Of a stretch of DNA of 64,000 bases, positions 1 through 8,620 are shown one piece after another. Within the stretch, counting starts at the first letter, position 1, and each line of letters begins with the position of its first letter. Source of the DNA: Gammaproteobacteria bacterium (GTDB lineage Bacteria; Pseudomonadota; Gammaproteobacteria; Eutrophobiales; Eutrophobiaceae); contig CBDCTH010000012.1 in the NCBI GenBank assembly GCA_965222155.1, positions 2,592,001 through 2,656,000 of the forward strand, given 5' to 3'. Both the position numbers and the translations under genes were made by a program. Below the pieces are notes generated by a model that was not told the DNA's origin, did no database searches, and was given only the letters and a program-made list of their open reading frames with translations.

Positions 1-323
1 GGCTGGCCGGAATATCGAACGGTGCGGTTAAGAATATCCATATCATGGTTGGCGCCCAGGGCCGTGACCGGCATGAAATAAATCGGATTGAACTTCTTTT
101 GCGGCACGTCGTCAGCCGTCAGAATCGCCTTGACCCCCGGCAATTTTTCCGCCTTGGACGTATCGATAGAGATGATTTTGGCATGCGCATAAAAACTGCG
201 CAGTAACTTTCCGTGCAACATCCCCGGGAGTGAGACATTGACCGGATAGCCCCGGCCACCCACTACTTTGTCATAAGCGTCAATATTTGGGATTTCCGCT
301 CCGATGTAGCTTGATTCCGGCAT
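1..323 (-). CDS. Xanthine dehydrogenase/CoxL-family molybdopterin-binding subunit, N-terminal part (runs off the window start)
   Basis: Manual translation from ATG at 323: MPESSYIGAEIPNIDAYDKVVGGRGYPVNVSLPGMLHGKLLRSFYAHAKIISIDTSKAEKLPGVKAILTADDVP, a typical Ald_Xan_dh_C start; directly downstream of the 2Fe-2S subunit. Confidence 0.85.
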   Translation of the reverse strand, partial: MPESSYIGAEIPNIDAYDKVVGGRGYPVNVSLPGMLHGKLLRSFYAHAKIISIDTSKAEKLPGVKAILTADDVPQKKFNPIYFMPVTALGANHDMDILNRTVRYSGQ

Positions 324-340
324 GAGTTTCCTGGTTCCGG

Positions 341-912
341 TTATGAATTAGCCGTGGCGGCAGCTACAATGGCGTCAACGATCTTTATATAACCCGTGCA
401 GCGACAAAGGTTTCCGGCAATTGCCTGCCTGATTTCCGCTCTGGTCGGACGTTGATTGCTATCGAGCAGTTCTTTAGCTGCCATGATAAAACCGCAACTA
501 CAGTAGCCGCACTGCACCGCGCCGTGCTCGACAAAGGCCTGCTGGATAGGGTGAGGTCTCCCGCCTGAGACCAATCCCTCAACGGTGGTGATCTCCTTAT
601 TCTGCGCAGATAAAGCATAAGGGAACCTCTAATAATTGACAGTTTTTGATACACAGGGTCGCTAACTTATTGAAATCATTGACCGCTAATATATCAATTT
701 GTGAATAAATAGAGGTTCCCATAAGTCATACAGGAATAATGTGATTTACCGTTGATCAGCACAGTGCAACAACCGCACCCCCCTGAATCACAACCGCGTT
801 TGGGTCCCATAATACCCAGTTGCTCGCGCAAAACATCAAGCAGCATTGCGTATGGCTCTATGGCTATCTGGTGTGTCTCTTCATTAACATGCAGTTCAAT
901 GAGTTGTTTCAC
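341..912 (-). pseudogene. CoxS/XdhC-type (2Fe-2S)-binding small subunit interrupted by a 100-bp MITE
   Basis: N-half has GCDSGGCGCCTV and C-half has QCGYC...GNLCRCTGY. Removing 621-720 plus one ATAA restores the frame ...SCMTYALSAQNKEITTVEGLVSGGRPHPIQQAF. Confidence 0.92.
621..720. mobile_element. 100-bp MITE with terminal inverted repeats and 4-bp target duplication (IS5-like)
   Basis: Ends GGGAACCTCTA...TAGAGGTTCCC (11 bp perfect, imperfect to ~21 bp); ATAA direct repeat at 617-620 and 721-724. Confidence 0.9.
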
Positions 913-930
913 AATTATTACCCGTAACTC

Positions 931-1452
931 TCAGGCCGATGCAGAATTTACCCGCATATCATCAGCAGACAAGAATATTTCAAACGGTGGGTCAATATCC
1001 ATGATTTCCTCGTCGTCACTGCCGTCGCCACACCACATCAATATTGCCATTTCGGCGGTTTCATCAAGCACGGTCATATCGTGATGCCAGACACCACGGC
1101 GATAAGTGATACCCTGTTTGCCATCTGCCAGGAAACATTTGACCCGGTTCAGGTCCGGACTTCCGTCAGGATTGTCTGGTGCCACGGTAACCAGGTATCT
1201 GGCCACCTTGATCGGTATGAACGTCTGGCTGGTATAGGGGTGTCTTTCCAATTCTGTCGCGCGCATCGGCAGTCTGTCGAGCGGACTGATAGTGATGATT
1301 GATAAATCAACACCGGCATTTTTTCGGGAGTTTTCCAGAATATCATTGAAGAATTTACGCCCCGGCTCGGCCGGACTTTCCAACACCTGCCCAAATGGGT
1401 AAAACGCCTCGGGATTCAAGGGTTCGGCAGTGATTTGCGGACGTTTTGTCAA
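931..1452 (-). CDS. Ureidoglycolate lyase (AllA-like)
   Basis: Motifs LERHPYTSQTFIP and GITYRRGVWHH; AEPLNPEAFYPFGQV N-terminus. Confidence 0.85.
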   Translation of the reverse strand: MTKRPQITAEPLNPEAFYPFGQVLESPAEPGRKFFNDILENSRKNAGVDLSIITISPLDRLPMRATELERHPYTSQTFIPIKVARYLVTVAPDNPDGSPDLNRVKCFLADGKQGITYRRGVWHHDMTVLDETAEMAILMWCGDGSDDEEIMDIDPPFEIFLSADDMRVNSASA

Positions 1453-1486
1453 GCAGATTTACCGACTGGTTAACTCCATTGATGTA

Positions 1487-1807
1487 TCAATACTGCGATT
1501 CCGGCGTATGTACAACCAGGCCGTCCAGTTGCGCGGTTACCTTTATCTGGCAACTCAAGCGGCTGGTCGGCTGCGGACTCATGACAAAGTCGAGCATCTC
1601 CTTTTCCATGTTCTGCGCTTCAGGCAGTTTGTCGAACCACTCCTCCTCCACGTGCATGTGACAGGTGGCGCAACTGCACGCACCGCCGCATTCGGCAACG
1701 ATTCCGTCAACCCCGTTATTCACGGCGGTTTGCATGACACTCATACCTTCTTTGGCATCTACGACGGTTTCTGTGCCATCGAATGCGATATAGGTGATTT
1801 TCGGCAT
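1487..1807 (-). CDS. 2Fe-2S ferredoxin (adrenodoxin/putidaredoxin type)
   Basis: CGGACSCATCH ... SRLSCQ. Confidence 0.93.
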   Translation of the reverse strand: MPKITYIAFDGTETVVDAKEGMSVMQTAVNNGVDGIVAECGGACSCATCHMHVEEEWFDKLPEAQNMEKEMLDFVMSPQPTSRLSCQIKVTAQLDGLVVHTPESQY

Positions 1808-1910
1808 TTCCTGAACTCCAAAAAAGCTGTTGTTTCGTATTATTGTCCAGACTTCAGGTAGAGATTATAAAGAAATCAGGGGAAAAGGGGGCAGATTTAT
1901 TATTCAGGAT

Positions 1911-3243
1911 CACTAGTGTCCGGAATATTAATCGAATAAATTCAATTGGTTAGAGAACGTGTCATAATTCATGTCAGTCTCATAATCGCTAAGTAGTTGA
2001 TTTAGGGGCATTCTTTCGAACAGTGTCACACTTAAAATTTGTAGAATTGTGTACAGGCTGCGCTCGCAGTTCAGACGCTTCTTGATGATCGCAACCAACA
2101 CGTAGATGGAGACAGCTATCCAGATCTGCGTTTTCACAGCATTCTCTGAGGTGCCGAAGAACGTTTTGATGCGCAAGTGTTGTTTGATCCATTTGAAAAA
2201 CAATTCGACCTGCCACCGGCACCGATATAAGTCGGCGATAGTGGCGGCCGGTAAGGTAAAGTTGTTGGTGAGAAACACCAGTGTTTTGTGGGTGTTCACA
2301 TCGTGATACTTGATGCGGCGCAGTGTGTCGGGATAGCGCTGAGCGGAGTGGCGGTCGGTCAGCACACCGGTTTGGTCGTAACGTAGTCCGGTGGTCTTGT
2401 CGACCTGATGGGAGTAGCGGCGGCGAAACTTGAGGTTGGATTTGGCCCGGATAACGAAGAAGGCCGAGGCCATGGTCAATCCATGCAGTCGCTCGAAGTC
2501 GAGGTAGGCGCGGTCCATGATATAGAAGGCGCCGGGCGCCGGCAGCAAGGTATCGAGCACCTTGACATCGTGCAGTTTGCCCGGTGAGACATGGATAAAC
2601 GTGGGAATATTGCCACGCAGGTCCAGTAATGTATGCACTTTTACCGCGGCCTTGGTACGCCGAAAGTGCGCCCAGGGGAACACGGAGAGACACAGGTCGA
2701 TGGGGGTAGAATCGAGCGCATAGACCGTGTTGTCGAGTTCGACGCCGAACTGGTCGTTGAGATACAGGTGTCGTGCGGTGTGTATCAAGGCGTGGGCAAA
2801 CTCGGCGTAGATGCGCCAGTCGCGTGTCTCGTTGGCGTCGGCCAAGGTGCTGCGGGACACTGTGCTGCGCAGGCCCATATGATAGAGTTTGTTGCGCTGG
2901 GCGCGCAGGCAGGCTTCGATATCGCGCAGACTTTCGCGATGGGTGAGTTGCGCAAAGGCCATACATCGATACTGGTCCTGACAACTGAACCGCTTGACGT
3001 GACGATGGCCATGGTAGCGTTGAATACAGCGACGCAAGGTATGGTGTGGCAGGTGTTCGAGTGTTTGTGCAAAGACCAATTTGCCGTTGTACATGTGCGT
3101 GTGCTCCCATCTTGTTACTTGATGGAAGAGCTTGAAACAAACGGGGCAGGCAGTTCAAGTCGGTGACACCCATAATGAGAGGATTTTATAATGAATGACA
3201 GTAAGTTAGCTTTTATCTTCGTCGAATATTCCGGACACTAGTG
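1911..3243. mobile_element. IS4-family insertion sequence, complete (1333 bp)
   Basis: 19-bp perfect TIR CACTAGTGTCCGGAATATT; 9-bp TSD ATTCAGGAT at 1902-1910 and 3244-3252. Confidence 0.95.
1928..3094 (-). CDS. IS4-family DDE transposase
   Basis: YALDST, MDRAY, YRCRWQVELFFKWIKQ (YREK signature). Confidence 0.95.
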   Translation of the reverse strand: MYNGKLVFAQTLEHLPHHTLRRCIQRYHGHRHVKRFSCQDQYRCMAFAQLTHRESLRDIEACLRAQRNKLYHMGLRSTVSRSTLADANETRDWRIYAEFAHALIHTARHLYLNDQFGVELDNTVYALDSTPIDLCLSVFPWAHFRRTKAAVKVHTLLDLRGNIPTFIHVSPGKLHDVKVLDTLLPAPGAFYIMDRAYLDFERLHGLTMASAFFVIRAKSNLKFRRRYSHQVDKTTGLRYDQTGVLTDRHSAQRYPDTLRRIKYHDVNTHKTLVFLTNNFTLPAATIADLYRCRWQVELFFKWIKQHLRIKTFFGTSENAVKTQIWIAVSIYVLVAIIKKRLNCERSLYTILQILSVTLFERMPLNQLLSDYETDMNYDTFSNQLNLFD

Positions 3244-3305
3244 ATTCAGGATAACGAAGTATGCCTTGCGACTATGTAACAAAAATAAATCTGTCCCCTT
3301 TTCTG

Positions 3306-4301
3306 TTAATCAGCGACCTGCAACATGATTTTTCCGATATGCCGGCTCGACTCCATCAATCGATGGCCTTCATTGGCCTTGCTCAACGGCAACACCGTAT
3401 GAATGATCGGTTTAACCTGACCTGACTCCAGCAGGGGCCAGACCTGTTTTCTCAATCCGGCTGCTATAGCTGCCTTGAACGCAACCGGTCTGGGACGTAA
3501 CGTCGAGCCGGTTATCACCAGACGCTTCAACATGATGGAGCGGATGGATACCTCTGCCGAAAACCCTCTCAGACCCGCGATGATGACGTAACGGCCTTCC
3601 ACTGCAGCCGCGGCAATATTACGGTTGGTATAATCTCCCGCCACCATATCGAGTATGACCTCAACACCCTTACCATCGGTGGCGTTCCTGCATGCTTCGA
3701 CAAAATCCTCTTCGTTGTAATTGATCACAAGGTCCGCTCCCAGTTCACGGCATACCTTGCATTTCTCCTCATTCCCCGCCGTGGTAAACACAGTTGCGCC
3801 AAATGCTTTTGCCAACTGTATGGCCGTCGTGCCGATGCCGCTGCTGCCGCCATGGATTAATACCGATTCCCCCGCCTTGAGCCCGGCGCGATCAAACAGG
3901 TTGCTCCAGACGGTGAAAAAGGTTTCCGGCAGGGCAGCAGCTTCAATAGGCGTCAGCCCTGCGGGAACGGGTAAACACAAGGGTGCATCTGCAACGGCAA
4001 ATTCGGCATAGCCGCCGCCGGTTACCAGCGCGCAGACTTGATCGCCCGGATGCGGCCAGGTCACATCCGCACCGGTTTCAATGACTTCACCTGCAATCTC
4101 CAGGCCGGGAATAGCCGACGCGCCCCGGGGCGGTGGATATTTTCCCTGCCGTTGCATTATGTCGGGACGATTGATACCGGCTGCCTCGACTCTTATCAAT
4201 ACCTGATTTTCACCAGGGACCGGTGCGTCACCCTCGGTGATTTGCAGGACGTCGGGACCGCCGAATTCTGTAATTTCAATATGTCTCATAGAGTCTTTCA
4301 A
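3306..4301 (-). CDS. NAD(P)H-quinone oxidoreductase, PIG3/zeta-crystallin family
   Basis: GINRPD...QGKYPPP, HGGSSGIGT, GSTLRPR, HIGKI. Confidence 0.92.
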   Translation of the reverse strand: MKDSMRHIEITEFGGPDVLQITEGDAPVPGENQVLIRVEAAGINRPDIMQRQGKYPPPRGASAIPGLEIAGEVIETGADVTWPHPGDQVCALVTGGGYAEFAVADAPLCLPVPAGLTPIEAAALPETFFTVWSNLFDRAGLKAGESVLIHGGSSGIGTTAIQLAKAFGATVFTTAGNEEKCKVCRELGADLVINYNEEDFVEACRNATDGKGVEVILDMVAGDYTNRNIAAAAVEGRYVIIAGLRGFSAEVSIRSIMLKRLVITGSTLRPRPVAFKAAIAAGLRKQVWPLLESGQVKPIIHTVLPLSKANEGHRLMESSRHIGKIMLQVAD

Positions 4302-4341
4302 TCAGTAAGCCTTTGCTGGACTGTAACACCCTGAGTGCCGA

Positions 4342-4710
4342 TCAATTTGTCGGGGGTAACAATGCCAATTCAGCGGCTATCCTCCCAAGCCGCTTATCAC
4401 GGGTCAGTAATGACCCTGATTTAGCCAGAGACATGGATGCCAGCAAATGGACATCAATATAGCCAATACCTTTCCCCATCAGCCTATGCTGTTCAATGAA
4501 AAATAATACTTCGGCTTCGGTGGCAACCGGGGCTGCCGGCAAATTGCCGAGTAGAGCCAGCACCTCGGTGCGTCGGTCCAGGTTGCCACAGGCTAATTCT
4601 CCCAGCACAAAAGGATGAAGCAGTACCTGGTTGTTGTTGAGCAATAGCTCCAGATTCCGGCTTCCGGATCGCAGGTGATCAATCCATATCGATGTATCAA
4701 CCAGTATCAT
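4342..4710 (-). CDS. vapC: VapC PIN-domain toxin
   Basis: MILVDTSIWIDHL, GELACG, IDVHLLAS, TRDKRL; overlaps the antitoxin stop. Confidence 0.9.
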   Translation of the reverse strand: MILVDTSIWIDHLRSGSRNLELLLNNNQVLLHPFVLGELACGNLDRRTEVLALLGNLPAAPVATEAEVLFFIEQHRLMGKGIGYIDVHLLASMSLAKSGSLLTRDKRLGRIAAELALLPPTN

Positions 4711-4904
4711 TCAACCCTGCTACGGCGCCGGGGAATAACTTGAAGGCCAGGCTGGCTGCCTCCCAGTCGAGCCAGCCGCTGTGCGCTCTCACGCTCGATA
4801 AGGGCTTTAAGCCCCTCACGAACCAGCACTGACTTGCCAGTTACACCTGTGATTTGCTGGGCTTTTGCCAACAGTTGGTCGTCGATTGTTAAAGTTGTTC
4901 GCAT
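4707..4904 (-). CDS. vapB: VapB antitoxin (ribbon-helix-helix)
   Basis: MRTTLTIDDQLL...LVREGLKALIERESAQRLARLGGS; coupled to vapC. Confidence 0.88.
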   Translation of the reverse strand: MRTTLTIDDQLLAKAQQITGVTGKSVLVREGLKALIERESAQRLARLGGSQPGLQVIPRRRSRVE

Positions 4905-5060
4905 GATTCAACCTCTGAGCTATGGCCAGGAAGCATCATATTATACATAAATTGATGTCGTTTACTATGCACCAGTAGACTGAAAGAGTCAGAACGCTCG
5001 TTGAAGAAGCCAGTCTACCGTGCACTCCGGCCGCGCGGGCAGAATTTAGTTTATCTCTTA

Positions 5061-5452
5061 GCCCGGATTTCTCACCAGGTGATGCGATGATCACGCAGGA
5101 TTTTTTGCGCCAGCGGGTGCCGGAGCCTGCCCCGTACTTGATACGGGGACCGAAAGCATAGCCGTAGCTATGGTTGAGGGACAAATTGTCAGGACAGACA
5201 ATTTGCACGGCGACAGCCGCCCGCAGGGTTGCGCCCAGAGCCTGCCCCCCTGCTTACAACCGCAGGGGCAAGCTCTGTATGGAGTTGAGCAGGGGGATGG
5301 GCGCAATGAACACGTGCCCGCTGGCGCAAAAAAGACAAGTGAGGGCGCATCAAGCGCAGTGTGTAATGTCGTCATACTGAGGAGATGATCATAACTTATT
5401 GACAATAAATATGTTTCCGATGGCGACAAGCGACCTGGTGAGAAATCCGGGC
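5061..5452. mobile_element. 392-bp non-autonomous element (MITE) containing nested palindromic repeats
   Basis: 20-bp perfect TIR GCCCGGATTTCTCACCAGGT / ACCTGGTGAGAAATCCGGGC, flanked by TA on both sides; no credible ORF. Confidence 0.8.
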
Positions 5453-7563
5453 TAGTAATTCAACCGGACCGACAAGCCGCCGTAGACATTCAGCGTAGGC
5501 GCCGGTTCAAACACCCTGCCGCCAAAACCGTTGAGGCGCAGGTTGGACATGTATTTCTGGTCAAACAGGTTGTTGACGCCGATGAACGGCGACAGTTCAA
5601 AGCCTGCGAGTTGCAGGCGGTGTCCCGCTCTCAGGTTCGATACTTCATAAGAATCGGATATAACGCTATTGGTGTTATTCACCGCCAGGTCGTCAACCGC
5701 GAGGATATCCCAGCTCAGGTAGAAACCGGAATCATGGTTATACGCCAGTTCCGCGTAAAACTGGTTCTCCGGCAGACCAGGCAGCATCTTGCCTTCTGCC
5801 GCCATGTTCGTGGGGAAGCGGTCAAACTCGAAGTCTGAATAAGTGTAGGACGCGGTAAGCTGCAATCCGGCCATGAGGTCTACGACGACGGATGCCTCGA
5901 TGCCGTTGCGGTCGGTATCGGCATTTTCAAAAAATGAACGGTTGCCAATATTGGTCACGCTGACTACCTCATCCTCCACGTCCATGATGAAGCCGGCAAT
6001 ATCGAAGTACGCACGGCCGCCAATGATGCCTCGGGCGCCGATCTCGAGACTCTGCGCATTCTGGGCGTCCACGGAGGCAAACCCACCAAGGTTCACATTG
6101 AGATTGCGCGCCGGGTTGGCCAGTTCCGTAAAAGTGGGCGTCTCGAACGCGGTCGCGTAGTTGAAATAGAGACTGACCGAATCTGTCGCTGCCCAGGTCA
6201 ACCCGACACTTGGGCTGAATTCATCAAAATCCAAATCGCCGGACTGATCAGCGTTGGACAGGAACCGGTCCTCGACGGAGAGGTCCACAATGTCGTAACG
6301 ACCGCCTATGGTCAGTTGCAGGGAGTCGGTCACTGCCAGGCTGTTGCGGACGTAAAATCCATAAGCTTCCGCTTCTTCCAACTGGTCGAAGGCCAAAGCG
6401 CCTTTAATCCCGGCGTCATTGAAATAACGCTGCCGATCATCTTCCTGGATATCGAGATCAAAGCCCGCGCTGAATTGATTGGGACGACCAAACAATTCCC
6501 CCGTATAGGAGTATTGAGCGCCCCCGCCGAAAAAGAACCGGTCGAATTCAACCACCCCGTCATCCGCTACAAACCGGATATGGGAGCCAATGGGCAAAAA
6601 GGCCTGAAAATCCCGCCACAGGTAGTAATTGCGCACCCTGATCTCATGTTGCTCACCGAACTGGTGACGATAGATCCAGCCGAACTTCTGTTGTGACAAT
6701 TCCTCGCCGGCATTGGAACTGAGGTTTCTTGACTGTGCTTGACGCCGGTCTGCTTCCACATCCGCCGTATTGATTCCACCCGAATCATCCGCCTGCGGGG
6801 AATCCACCAGGTTGAAGATGACGGTCAGGTCTGAGTCCGCGTCAAATTCATAGCGGAACTTGCTGTTCACCAGTCCATGTTCCACCCTTGAGTTGGCGCG
6901 ATATCCGTCACTCTCCAGGTAGGAACCATTCACCAGGTAATTCAGCTTGCCCGTTTGTCCGCCGAGCTTGAGTTGATATTTCTGGTGGTCGTACTCACCG
7001 ACCGTGACCCTGGCCTCAGCAAACGGTGTATCAGTGCCGTCCTCCGTATAAAGGCTCATGACACCGCCGGACGAGCTGCCATACAAAGCGGAAGATGGCC
7101 CGCGTATAATTTCGATGCGTCCTACAGAACCGATATCAATATCGTCGACCCCGCTCTGGCCGTCAGCCAGAGTTGCCGGAAGGTCGTCCACGAATACCTT
7201 GATACCGCGAATGCCGAAGTTTGCCCGGGAACCGAAGCCCCGGATTGCAACACGCAGGTCCTGGCTGAAGTTGTAGCGATTCTGAAAGAAGATGCCCGGC
7301 ACCCGGTTCAGCGATTCGTCCAGCCCCAACTGCTGGCGACCCACCTGAATGGCGTCTTTCTCCACGACGCTGACCGCACTTGAGACATCCGCCAGCGTCT
7401 GGTCTTGTCGTGTTGCGGTGACGATTATTTCATCGAGTTCGGTAACACCGTAACTGGCTGTTGCTGAGATCATAATACCTGCGACAAGTGCCCACCTGCC
7501 GAAGTAAAAATTCTCCATCGTATCTTCCCCCGGAGTAATACTTGTTTGGTTTGAATTAAACAA
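5452..7563 (-). CDS. TonB-dependent receptor, YncD/PqqU-like (likely start at 7518, MENFYF)
   Basis: TonB box ELDEIIVTAT; plug ESLNRVPG..QNRYNFSQDLRVAIRGFGSRANFGIRG..VDDLPATLADGQ resembles E. coli YncD as recalled; C-terminal GRVFEPAP and aromatic last residue. Confidence 0.85.
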   Translation of the reverse strand: MFNSNQTSITPGEDTMENFYFGRWALVAGIMISATASYGVTELDEIIVTATRQDQTLADVSSAVSVVEKDAIQVGRQQLGLDESLNRVPGIFFQNRYNFSQDLRVAIRGFGSRANFGIRGIKVFVDDLPATLADGQSGVDDIDIGSVGRIEIIRGPSSALYGSSSGGVMSLYTEDGTDTPFAEARVTVGEYDHQKYQLKLGGQTGKLNYLVNGSYLESDGYRANSRVEHGLVNSKFRYEFDADSDLTVIFNLVDSPQADDSGGINTADVEADRRQAQSRNLSSNAGEELSQQKFGWIYRHQFGEQHEIRVRNYYLWRDFQAFLPIGSHIRFVADDGVVEFDRFFFGGGAQYSYTGELFGRPNQFSAGFDLDIQEDDRQRYFNDAGIKGALAFDQLEEAEAYGFYVRNSLAVTDSLQLTIGGRYDIVDLSVEDRFLSNADQSGDLDFDEFSPSVGLTWAATDSVSLYFNYATAFETPTFTELANPARNLNVNLGGFASVDAQNAQSLEIGARGIIGGRAYFDIAGFIMDVEDEVVSVTNIGNRSFFENADTDRNGIEASVVVDLMAGLQLTASYTYSDFEFDRFPTNMAAEGKMLPGLPENQFYAELAYNHDSGFYLSWDILAVDDLAVNNTNSVISDSYEVSNLRAGHRLQLAGFELSPFIGVNNLFDQKYMSNLRLNGFGGRVFEPAPTLNVYGGLSVRLNY

Positions 7564-7576
7564 TTACATCGAATAC

Positions 7577-7987
7577 CTACGACGGCATCATTTTCGGGTG
7601 AGATTCCATCTTCACTTGCTCACGGGTCCATTGCTGGGCACTGTCGCAGTAAATTTCCATGACGGGTCTGACCCAGGAGGTGTCATCCAGGGTGCCTGCC
7701 TTGAGTACGGTGATGGTATCCATAGTCGAGGGTTCGCTGCTGATGGGCGACCCGCAACGCGCGCAGAAATTGCGGTCCAGGGTCTGTCCGCTGTCTCCCG
7801 TATCCACGTAGGTGGTCATTTCACCCTGGATATCCAATGAGCCTTTCGGCAGAACAACATTTAACGAATAAGCCCCACCGCTTTGTTTCTGGCAGTTAAT
7901 GCAATTACAAAGCACCGTAACCAGGGGATCAGCTTCACTCTTGTAGCGTATGTTGCCGCACAGACAACCACCTTCAATCTTTGCCAT
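7577..7987 (-). CDS. GFA (glutathione-dependent formaldehyde-activating/Mss4-like) family protein
   Basis: GGCLCG, CNCINCQK, FCARCGS Zn motifs. Confidence 0.9.
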   Translation of the reverse strand: MAKIEGGCLCGNIRYKSEADPLVTVLCNCINCQKQSGGAYSLNVVLPKGSLDIQGEMTTYVDTGDSGQTLDRNFCARCGSPISSEPSTMDTITVLKAGTLDDTSWVRPVMEIYCDSAQQWTREQVKMESHPKMMPS

Positions 7988-8548
7988 GTTATGCTCCGGA
8001 TAGTAATATGAATTTTATTTCAGCATCCGCTGGGCCGGATGCCGCATACAGGTCAATTATAACAGGATCGGCCTGCACCTGCAGGGGATGCCGCGATCTA
8101 TGTCGCCCCGTCCCCGGGCACGCCCCTTTGTGCGCCTTGGTCCGGTCCGCGCTCCTGCCTGCTTGTCCTGCGTTGCGACACTGTGGGCCTTTGCGGCTCT
8201 GCCGTTCTCAGCCCGCTTTTACTGCCCTGCCAGTCGGCATCAGCCACACTGTTGTCCAGAAATCACATAGTGCCAAGAGGGGGTCAAGGGGGAGATCCCC
8301 CCTTGCCCGACCTTTTGAGCGAAGCGATAAAGGTTTACCGGGCTTTGGCGGGGCGAACGGAGTGAGGCACGGCGGTGATAAGATTTCATGTCATCGGGAC
8401 TGGGGAGATGGATAAGCGAAAAAGACAGGCTGAGAGTCTGCGGGCCATGAGGGCCTTAACGGCAGAATACAGGGGGCTGAGGTGTGGTGCGTTTTCCTGA
8501 GGGAAGGATTATAGCGTCTCTGGGCAGCACTATTGCAATCAGGTCAGT

Positions 8549-8590
8549 ATCGTGCCAGAATCGTGCCAATATCGTGCCAGAATCGTGCCA
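8549..8590. repeat. Four ATCGTGCCA direct repeats at 11-bp period upstream of the Fic gene
   Basis: Copies start at 8549, 8560, 8571 and 8582. Confidence 0.8.
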
Positions 8591-8620
8591 ATGATACGCC
8601 TTGCCAGGCAGGGACGGAGA

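Noticed and set aside
1989-3173. 394-aa ORF overlapping the IS4 transposase
   Set aside because: Alternate frame of the transposase with no recognisable motifs
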